Shown here: piece after piece, positions 19,847 through 26,974 of the stretch
How positions within the stretch are numbered: the first letter of the stretch is position 1
Layout of the letters: the number at the start of each line of letters is the position of its first letter
Assembly (NCBI GenBank): GCA_049510745.1
Contig: JBEKYR010000008.1
Coordinates: 32,001-96,000, forward strand
Length of the DNA stretch: 64,000 nucleotides
DNA from: Verrucomicrobiota bacterium
GTDB taxonomy: Bacteria > Verrucomicrobiota > Verrucomicrobiia > Limisphaerales > Palsa-1400
Reading direction: 5' to 3'
The notes under the pieces: generated by a model
Database searches by the model: none
The model's input: only the letters and a program-made list of their open reading frames with translations
What the model was told of the DNA's origin: nothing
Made by a program: the position numbers and the translations under genes

Positions 19847-20785
19847 TTACAAGGCGAAAATCTCGTCCAATTTCCGCGAGACTTGCCCCAGGCGCGCCGC
19901 CAAATCCACCTCCTTGGGCCAGTAGGCCGGCTCGGCCGTGCCCCATCCTTTGTAACCCGTTTCGTCCAGCGCTTTCATCACCGCCGGCCAATTGTTGTCC
20001 CCTTCCAGGTACTCGACCTCGAACCCCTTCCACAACCCCTGGGCGTCCCGTTTCGCGCGGCTGAACTCCTTGATGTGCAACTTGTGAATCCGCCGCCCCA
20101 GAATTCGAATCCACTGCTCCGGCCAGCCGGAATTGATCACATTGCCCACGTCGAAATGCCAGCACAGCGCCGCGCTCCGCATCTCGTCGATATACGCCGC
20201 CGCCTCCAGCGGGCTGAGCAGGAATTGGTTCCAGACATTTTCAATCGCGATCTTCACCCCCAATTCTTCCGCCAATCCCACCGCCTTCCTCATCTCTGTC
20301 TGCGACCGGCTGTAGGCTTGATCGTAAGAAACCTGTTCATTGACAACCGCCGGCACCAGCAAAACCGAAGACGCCCCATAGACCTTGGCATCGTGCAAGG
20401 CCGTTCTCAATCCCTCCAGCCCCGCCGCGCGCGCCTCTGGATTCGGGTCCGCCAGCGTCTTTTGCCAATGCACCGAATCCACCACGCTGGCAATGGCCAG
20501 ACCGGTTTCCTCCCGCCCCTTCAAGACTTCGTCCCGGTCCATGCCGCTGTTGATTTCCACCCCCTCGAAACCCGCCCCCGCAATCAGCTTGAACCTCTCC
20601 ATCACACTCATTTGGCCGGGGATGGCCCCCCACATCATGCCCTTCTTGATCGCCCGCTTCTTGGTGCCGGCGGGCGCGCCCGATTCGGCGCGCAGCGGCA
20701 CCGCCGCCAGGGCGCCGAGCGCGCCGCCCGCCAAAGCCGACGTTTTGAGAAATTCCCGGCGAGTCGTCAAAGCAGATTTCATCAT
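19847..20785 (-). CDS. Tat-exported sugar phosphate isomerase/epimerase (xylose-isomerase-like barrel)
   Basis: TRREFLK Tat motif, IAIENVWN, HFDVGN, LHIKEF. Confidence 0.9.
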   Translation of the reverse strand: MMKSALTTRREFLKTSALAGGALGALAAVPLRAESGAPAGTKKRAIKKGMMWGAIPGQMSVMERFKLIAGAGFEGVEINSGMDRDEVLKGREETGLAIASVVDSVHWQKTLADPNPEARAAGLEGLRTALHDAKVYGASSVLLVPAVVNEQVSYDQAYSRSQTEMRKAVGLAEELGVKIAIENVWNQFLLSPLEAAAYIDEMRSAALCWHFDVGNVINSGWPEQWIRILGRRIHKLHIKEFSRAKRDAQGLWKGFEVEYLEGDNNWPAVMKALDETGYKGWGTAEPAYWPKEVDLAARLGQVSRKLDEIFAL

Positions 20786-20811
20786 AAGCGGCAGCAAATA
20801 CTTCTATTCTT

Positions 20812-22110
20812 TTAAACAAACTTCGTTTCGCCCGGCCTGGCCAGCGGCGGCACCGGGATGGGGGTGTCCCAGGCGATTTTCGCGGGCACCAGGCTTTCCT
20901 GCGAGTTCAAGGCCATTTCCCAGGTGATCTCCTGGCCGGTGTAAGCCGCCATGCGTCCCATGATGGCCGCCAGCGTGCTGTGCGCCATCCGCACCCCGTC
21001 GTTGATCGGCTGGCCGGCCCGGATCGACGCGAACATCTCGTTGTGTTCAATCTGATACATGTTCGGACGCGGGCCTTGATAGCGCCATTTGTTGTCGCCC
21101 TTGATAAACGGCATCCCGGCGAACGCCAGTTCCCGCCCCTCGCCCTTGGTCCCAAAAATGGTCGCGCTGTTGTCGTTGGCGCACCCGGCTTGCTGGCGGC
21201 TGCCCAAAAAACCGCGCGCCCCGTTCTCATATTCATAGTTGACTTCAAAATGGTCAAAGATGTTGCCGCCCTCCGCCGGGATTTGCCGCCCGCCCACCGC
21301 CACCGCTTTGAGCGGCGGGACATCCTTCATCGCCCAGCACATCCAGTCCACCGCATGAACGGCCTGCTCCACCAGGCCGTCCCCGCACAGCCAGCCAAAG
21401 TTATACCAGTGCCGCAACTGCCATTCCAGGTCGCCCATCCCCGCCGGGCGTTCGCTGGCGGGCGGCATGGGCCGGATCGAACCCGTGTAATAAGTCCCAT
21501 AAACCACCCGCACCTCGCCGATGTCCCCGCCGTGAATCCGTTCGAAGAGCGCCCGCTCCGCCAAGTTGTAGCGCCAGCAAAAGCCCGCCACCAGGGCCAG
21601 CTTCTTCTGTCTGGCCTGCTCGGCCGATTCCAGCACCGAACGCACTCCCGGCGCGTCCATGGCCATCGGCTTCTCGCAAAAAACATGTTTGCCCGCCGCG
21701 ACCGCCGCTTTCAGGTGCGCGGGCCGGAATCCCGGCGGCGTCGCCAGCAGCACCACGTCCACCCCGCTGTCAATCACTTTCTGATAGGCGTCCAGCCCGA
21801 CAAAACAATGGTCGGGATCGGCCTTGACCTTGTCGGGCGCTTCGTGTTGCAGGGCCTCCAGGCTGGCCTTCAATTTCTCCTCGAAAACGTCCCCCAATGC
21901 AGTCAATACTACATTGCCGTCCGCCTTCAGCGCCTCTCCGGCGGCCCCGGTGCCGCGCCCGCCGCAGCCGACCAGGCCGATCTTGAGGGTGGGAACCTCC
22001 TCCGCGGCGGAGGCGCGCCGGGGCAGGAGGGCCGGCGCCATGAGCGCGCCGCCGGCCAGGGCCGATGTTTTCAGAAATTGCCGGCGCGTCGTCGAAGCAG
22101 TGTTCATCAT
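20812..22110 (-). CDS. Tat-exported Gfo/Idh/MocA oxidoreductase
   Basis: TRRQFLK Tat motif, GLVGCGGRGTG, HVFCEKP, EQAVH. Confidence 0.92.
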   Translation of the reverse strand: MMNTASTTRRQFLKTSALAGGALMAPALLPRRASAAEEVPTLKIGLVGCGGRGTGAAGEALKADGNVVLTALGDVFEEKLKASLEALQHEAPDKVKADPDHCFVGLDAYQKVIDSGVDVVLLATPPGFRPAHLKAAVAAGKHVFCEKPMAMDAPGVRSVLESAEQARQKKLALVAGFCWRYNLAERALFERIHGGDIGEVRVVYGTYYTGSIRPMPPASERPAGMGDLEWQLRHWYNFGWLCGDGLVEQAVHAVDWMCWAMKDVPPLKAVAVGGRQIPAEGGNIFDHFEVNYEYENGARGFLGSRQQAGCANDNSATIFGTKGEGRELAFAGMPFIKGDNKWRYQGPRPNMYQIEHNEMFASIRAGQPINDGVRMAHSTLAAIMGRMAAYTGQEITWEMALNSQESLVPAKIAWDTPIPVPPLARPGETKFV

Positions 22111-22170
22111 AACTCAAGGAAATAGCCTTTTGCGTCGGGAAGCAATGCGCACTTTTCAGGAACGGCTCCC

Positions 22171-22262
22171 AATCTTAATCGTAATCTTAATCCTCATCCT
22201 AATCCCCCGTCTTGGCCTCGGAGAAAAGGATTAAGATTACGAGCAGGATTAAGATTACGAGC
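22171..22262. repeat. hexamer-repeat inverted element between divergent genes
   Basis: aatctt aatcgt aatctt aatcct catcct aatccc ... aggatt aagatt acgagc aggatt aagatt acgagc. Confidence 0.75.
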
Positions 22263-22376
22263 CGGAAACCGCTGCCCAAAAAAAACGCGCCCCCGAGGCC
22301 GCGCGGCCCTCCCGTCAATCGCAAATCGCAAATCGGACGTTGAATCGCCGCCGGACGCCGCCTAACATCGCCCGCC

Positions 22377-23492
22377 ATGACGCTGGATATCGCCTGGGCG
22401 CAAGCCGCCAACTTGTCGGAAGTCCCGTCTCCGGCTCTGTTGCTGGGCCTGGAACCGATCCAGCGGAATCTCCGCGCCATGATCCGGGTCGCTGGCGACC
22501 CGGCCCGGCTGCGGCCTCACGTCAAAACCCATAAAATGGGATGGCTGGTGGCGCGCCAGATGGCCCTGGGCATCACGCGCTTCAAGTGCGCCACCATTGC
22601 CGAAGCCGAGATGTGCGCCCTGGCCGGCGCGCCGGATGTTCTGCTCGCTTTTCAGCCCGTCGGCCCCAATGTCCGCCGCCTTCTGGCGTTGCGCGACACG
22701 TTTTCCGGGACGAAGTTCTCGACCATCGTGGACGATGCGGGGGCGCTGCGGGCGCTGTCCCGCGCCGCGGCGGCGGCGGGCGGGCGGCTGGAAGTTTTGG
22801 TTGACATGGATGTTGGACAGCACCGCACCGGCATTGCGCCCGGCCCCGGGGCCGTGGCTCTTTACCGGGAACTGGCCGGCGCGCCCGGCTTAATCGCGGG
22901 CGGCCTTCATGCCTACGACGGCCATTTGAGCCAAAGCGACCCAGCCGCGCGGGCGGCCGCTTGCGAAGAGGCCTTTGCGCCCGTGCGGTCCCTGCGCCAG
23001 GAATTGCTGGCCCTGGGGCTGGCGGTGGCGCGCGTCGTGGCGGGCGGAAGCCCGACCTTTCCCATGCATGCCGCGCGCCGGGATGTCGAGTGCAGCCCCG
23101 GCACCACCGTGTTTTGGGACGCTTCCTACGCCGGCAAACTGCCCGACCTGGATTTTCAAACCGCTGCCGTATTATTGACACGAGTGGTCAGCAAGCCGGG
23201 CCCGGAACGGCTCTGCCTCGATCTCGGCCACAAGGCGGTCGCTTCGGAAATGCCGCCGCCGCGCGTTGTTTTTCCGAGTCTGCCGGACGCCCGGTTCGTC
23301 ACCCACAGCGAAGAGCATCTGGTGCTGGAAAGCGCCGCCGCGCCGGGGTTCGCCCTCGGCGCCGAATTGCTCGGCGTGCCGTGGCACGTCTGTCCGACCG
23401 TGGCCCTGCACGCCCAGGCCACGCTGCTGGAGCGCGGCCTGGTGGCCGGCTCATGCCCGATTGAGGCCCGCGCCCGGATGATCACCCTATGA
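22377..23492 (+). CDS. D-threonine aldolase / D-serine dehydratase family PLP enzyme
   Basis: RPHVKTHK PLP lysine, CATIAEAE, HAYDGH, SEEHL, PWHVCPTV. Confidence 0.9.
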   Translation: MTLDIAWAQAANLSEVPSPALLLGLEPIQRNLRAMIRVAGDPARLRPHVKTHKMGWLVARQMALGITRFKCATIAEAEMCALAGAPDVLLAFQPVGPNVRRLLALRDTFSGTKFSTIVDDAGALRALSRAAAAAGGRLEVLVDMDVGQHRTGIAPGPGAVALYRELAGAPGLIAGGLHAYDGHLSQSDPAARAAACEEAFAPVRSLRQELLALGLAVARVVAGGSPTFPMHAARRDVECSPGTTVFWDASYAGKLPDLDFQTAAVLLTRVVSKPGPERLCLDLGHKAVASEMPPPRVVFPSLPDARFVTHSEEHLVLESAAAPGFALGAELLGVPWHVCPTVALHAQATLLERGLVAGSCPIEARARMITL

Positions 23493-24823
23493 CAGCCTCA
23501 GATTGGTTCCTCATCGCGGTCGCGCTGGCGGGGATTGGCGTTTTGGTGGCGCTGGTGACGGCGGCCCGCCTGAACGCGTTCCTGGCGTTGCTGGCCGCGG
23601 CCCTGCTCGTCGGGGCGGGCGCGGGCAAACCGATGCTGGAGATGGCGAAGGCTTTTCAGGACGGGCTGGGTTCGACCCTGGGCGGCGTTGCCGCCGTGAT
23701 CGGGCTTGGAACCATGCTGGGCAAACTGCTGGCCGAATCGCGCGGGGCGGAAGTGCTGGCCAAAGGATTCGTCGCCTTCTTTGGTCCGCGCCGCGTTGGC
23801 TGGTGTATCATGGCGCTGGCCGTGGTGGTTGGGTTGACCACTTGGTTCGCGGTAGGCTTGATTCTTCTCACGCCCATTCTCAACACCCTCACGCGCGAAA
23901 CCAACCGCCCTTTTCTGCAACTGGCGCTGCCGCTTTTGGCTTTCCTTTCCGTCATGCACGGGCTGATGCCGCCTCATCCCGGCCCCGTCGTGGCCATCAA
24001 CGTCCTCCACGCCAACCTCGGCATGGTGCTGGTCTGGGGCTTCGTCGTCGGCATTCCAACGGCAGCCGTCGCCGGCCCGCTCTTTGCCCGCCTGGCTTGC
24101 CGGCGGCTCAATATCACCTGCGCGGCGGCCGAACCCAGTCCGCTGCATCCCGGCGCGCGCTGGCCCGGATTTGGGCTGACGCTTTTCTCGATGGTGTTGC
24201 CGGTGGGACTGATGCTCGTGGCCACCGTGGCCGACCTGACGCTCGCCAAGGGCGGGGGGCGGGAGGTCGCTGACTTTGTGGGGAATCCTACGGTGGCTCT
24301 GTTCATTGCGGTTCTCTTTGCGCATTGGTCGCTCGGCATCAACTGCGGCCTCGCTCCGCTGCAATTGTTGAAATTCTCCGAGTCCGCCATCGCCGGCGTC
24401 GGCATGACCATTCTCATTGTCGGCGGCGGCGGCGGCTTCGCGCGCGTCTTGCAGGCCGCCGGGGTGGCCGACGCCTTGGGCGCGATGGCCGGCGCCGCCC
24501 ATCTCTCGCCGTTGCTTTACGGCTGGATGGTGTCCGCTTTCATTCGTGTCGCCACCGGGTCCGCCACCGTCGCGATCACCGCCGCTTCGGCCCTCCTGGC
24601 GCCCGTGCTGGCCCGCAATCCGGGCACCAATGTCGAGTTGGCCGTCATGGCCATCGGCTGCGGGTCGCTTTTCCTCTCCCACCTGAACGACGGCGGTTTT
24701 TGGATTGTCAAAGACTGCCTCAACCTGACCGTCGCGCAAACCTGGCGCACCTGGACCTTGTGCGAAACCATCGTCGGCCTGGTCGGGCTGATGCTGACGC
24801 TGCTGGCGGCCGCGCTGCTATGA
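23489..24823 (+). CDS. GntP/DsdX-family permease
   Basis: LNAFLAL, GLGTMLGKLL, PPHPGP, ATGSATVA, SHLNDGGFW. Confidence 0.92.
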   Translation: MTASDWFLIAVALAGIGVLVALVTAARLNAFLALLAAALLVGAGAGKPMLEMAKAFQDGLGSTLGGVAAVIGLGTMLGKLLAESRGAEVLAKGFVAFFGPRRVGWCIMALAVVVGLTTWFAVGLILLTPILNTLTRETNRPFLQLALPLLAFLSVMHGLMPPHPGPVVAINVLHANLGMVLVWGFVVGIPTAAVAGPLFARLACRRLNITCAAAEPSPLHPGARWPGFGLTLFSMVLPVGLMLVATVADLTLAKGGGREVADFVGNPTVALFIAVLFAHWSLGINCGLAPLQLLKFSESAIAGVGMTILIVGGGGGFARVLQAAGVADALGAMAGAAHLSPLLYGWMVSAFIRVATGSATVAITAASALLAPVLARNPGTNVELAVMAIGCGSLFLSHLNDGGFWIVKDCLNLTVAQTWRTWTLCETIVGLVGLMLTLLAAALL

Positions 24824-24839
24824 CCGCAAAAGAAGCGGA

Positions 24840-24868
24840 TTGACACGCCTGCCTTTGCAGCGCAAAGT
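24840..24868 (+). promoter_or_regulatory. sigma70-type promoter overlapped by a CTTTG-N5-CAAAG operator
   Basis: TTGACA-17-CAAAGT 6 nt before ATG 24875; palindrome CTTTGcagcgCAAAG at 24853-24867. Confidence 0.6.
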
Positions 24869-24874
24869 CAACCC

Positions 24875-25501
24875 ATGCAAACGGATTGGGCGGCGGAAAA
24901 TTTGCGGGTCATTCGCACCTTGATGGAGCGCGGCGCGGTTTACCGCCGCGCGCTCGCCCCGCTGGTGGGGGCGGTCGGGCTGGCCGGGGTCGCCGCCGCG
25001 GTCCTGGCGCCCTTCTTGGGGATGCAGTCCGCGCGCGCCTTTGCCGGTTATTGGATGGCGGTGGGGGCGATTTGCCTGGCGGGGGCTTTTTTGCTGATTC
25101 GACGCCAGGCCCTCAAAGACAGCGAACCGTTTTGGTCGCCGCCCACCCGCCGCGCGGCGCAGGCGATGTCGCCCGCGTTTTTCGCGGGGTTTGTGGCGGG
25201 ATTGATTTTTTTGGGCGAGGGACCGCCCGGCCCGCTGGCCGTCTGGCTGTTGGTGCCGGGCTGGATGGTGCTCTACGGCTGCGGCCTGCACGCCGCCGGG
25301 TTCTTCATGCCGCGCGGCTTCAAGCTCTTTGGCTGGGGCTTCATCGTGGGCGGCTGTCTGCTGGGGGCCGCCGTGCTCGGCCTCGGGCCGGCGCCCCCCG
25401 TTTCCGGGGCGCACTGGGCCATGGGCGCGCTTTTCGGCGGACCGCATCTGGCCTACGGCATCTACCTCTATTTCACCGAGCAGCGCGGGAATGCGACGTG
25501 A
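24875..25501 (+). CDS. multi-TM hypothetical membrane protein
   Basis: AENLRVIRTLMER N-terminus, about 6 TM helices, FGGPHLAYG; coupled to a wHTH gene. Confidence 0.8.
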   Translation: MQTDWAAENLRVIRTLMERGAVYRRALAPLVGAVGLAGVAAAVLAPFLGMQSARAFAGYWMAVGAICLAGAFLLIRRQALKDSEPFWSPPTRRAAQAMSPAFFAGFVAGLIFLGEGPPGPLAVWLLVPGWMVLYGCGLHAAGFFMPRGFKLFGWGFIVGGCLLGAAVLGLGPAPPVSGAHWAMGALFGGPHLAYGIYLYFTEQRGNAT

Positions 25502-25809
25502 ACCCAAAACCGTTCCTCCAGCTCGACCGCGTCATTCACGAGAAAGGCCGGCTGCCGATCATGTCGTTGCTGGCGGCCACGACCGGGATGTCCTTCACCG
25601 AATTGCGCGACGCCCTCCAAATGACTGACGGCAATTTGAGCATGCACATTAAAACCTTACAGGAGGCGGGCTTTGTCTCCGTGACCAAGTCCTTCCACAA
25701 ACAACGGCCCCTGACCACCTGCGCCCTGACGCCGGCCGGGCGCCGCGCCTTTGGCCATTACATTGATTTGCTCGAGCAAATCGTGCGGCAGGCGAAGGCC
25801 GCGCAATAA
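25498..25809 (+). CDS. winged-helix transcriptional regulator (HTH_34 / ArsR-MarR-like)
   Basis: GTG start; LDRVIHEKGRL, SFTELRDAL, TDGNLSMH, LTPAGRRAF. Confidence 0.88.
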   Translation: MNPKPFLQLDRVIHEKGRLPIMSLLAATTGMSFTELRDALQMTDGNLSMHIKTLQEAGFVSVTKSFHKQRPLTTCALTPAGRRAFGHYIDLLEQIVRQAKAAQ

Positions 25810-25822
25810 TTCTCATCAAAAA

Positions 25823-26734
25823 ATGAACACTTTTCCGCCCGCCGCTTCTAACTTTGTAATGCAAAGTGAATCCGCCACCCTCGCCCCGCCCCGCTCCGCC
25901 GTCACCATCCGCCGCGCCGCCCACCTCGGCCTCTGCTTTGGCGTGCGCGATGCCATCGCCCTGGCGCTGGAGGAATCCCGCCGCCAGCCCCTGACCGTCC
26001 TCGGCCAACTGGCCCACAACGAATCGATCGTGAGCGATCTGCGCTCCCGCGGCATCGGCCTGGAAGACCACGCCGCCGCCGTCAAAACGCCTGCCGTCAT
26101 GATCACCGCCCACGGCGCTTCGGAAAAAACCCTGCAACAGGCCCGCGCCCGCGGCTTGCGCGTGTTGGAGGCGACCTGCCCGCTCGTCCACTACGCCCAT
26201 CGCGCCGTGCAACAGCTCGCCCGCGAACAGTTTTATCCCGTCATCATTGGCCAGCGCGGCCACGTCGAAGTCCGCGGCCTGACGGAGGATTTGGACGCCT
26301 TCGACATCGTGTTGACCGACGAGGACGTGGAGCAATTGGCCGAGCGCCCCCGCTTCGGCATCGCCGCGCAGACCACGCAGCCGATCCAGAACGTGCGCCG
26401 CCTGGTGGAACTGATCCGGCGCCGCTTTCCGCGCGCCGAAGTGCGATTCGTCGATACCGTCTGCCAGCCGACAAAACTGCGCCAGACGGCGGCGGTGGAA
26501 CTGGCGGAGCAATCCGACGTGGTGGTGGTGGTGGGCGGTTTGCACAGCAACAACACCCGTCAGCTTGCCGCCACTTGCGCGCGCCATTGCCCGCGCGTCC
26601 ATCACGTTCGGGACGCCGGCGATCTGCGCCCCGAATGGTTCGCCGACGCCCGCGCCGTCGGCCTCACCGCCGGAACCTCGACCCCCGACGAGATCATCGA
26701 CGCCGTGGAGGACTGGCTGCAAACCAACCTGTGA
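25823..26734 (+). CDS. ispH: 4-hydroxy-3-methylbut-2-enyl diphosphate reductase
   Basis: three Fe-S cysteines (GLCFGV, ATCPLV, DTVCQPT), TAHG, GHVEV, SNNT; start could be 25859. Confidence 0.93.
   Translation: MNTFPPAASNFVMQSESATLAPPRSAVTIRRAAHLGLCFGVRDAIALALEESRRQPLTVLGQLAHNESIVSDLRSRGIGLEDHAAAVKTPAVMITAHGASEKTLQQARARGLRVLEATCPLVHYAHRAVQQLAREQFYPVIIGQRGHVEVRGLTEDLDAFDIVLTDEDVEQLAERPRFGIAAQTTQPIQNVRRLVELIRRRFPRAEVRFVDTVCQPTKLRQTAAVELAEQSDVVVVVGGLHSNNTRQLAATCARHCPRVHHVRDAGDLRPEWFADARAVGLTAGTSTPDEIIDAVEDWLQTNL
25851..25867. promoter_or_regulatory. second CTTTG-N5-CAAAG operator
   Basis: ACTTTGtaatgCAAAGT at the ispH 5' end matches the 24853 palindrome. Confidence 0.55.
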
Positions 26735-26830
26735 ATTAAAGTTTTCGTTGACTCCTTTTTCCCGGGCAACCCGCGGACCCCCAACCGTAATCGCCCACTT
26801 CTTCCTTCTTCCTTCATCCTTCTCACTTCA

Positions 26831-26933
26831 TTGACAGGGGGCGCGGCAGGGGGCATTCTCCGAGCATGGCGCGAAAGCTTCGCCTGCAATATCCGGGCGC
26901 GATTTATCACCTGATGCGCCGCGGCGACCACCG
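26831..26933 (+). mobile_element. RAYT (HUH transposase) 5' fragment, copy 1, with promoter
   Basis: TTGACA-17-CATTCT-6-ATG, then MARKLRLQYPGAIYHLMRRGDHR; homology stops at 26933. Confidence 0.82.
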
Positions 26934-26974
26934 TGTGGAGATGGGATCCTGGAAATCCGTCAATCGAAGACTCT

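Noticed and set aside
24886..25497. Long N-terminal extension of the wHTH regulator in the ORF track
   Set aside because: It overlaps the membrane protein gene in another frame; GTG 25498 gives a normal-sized regulator
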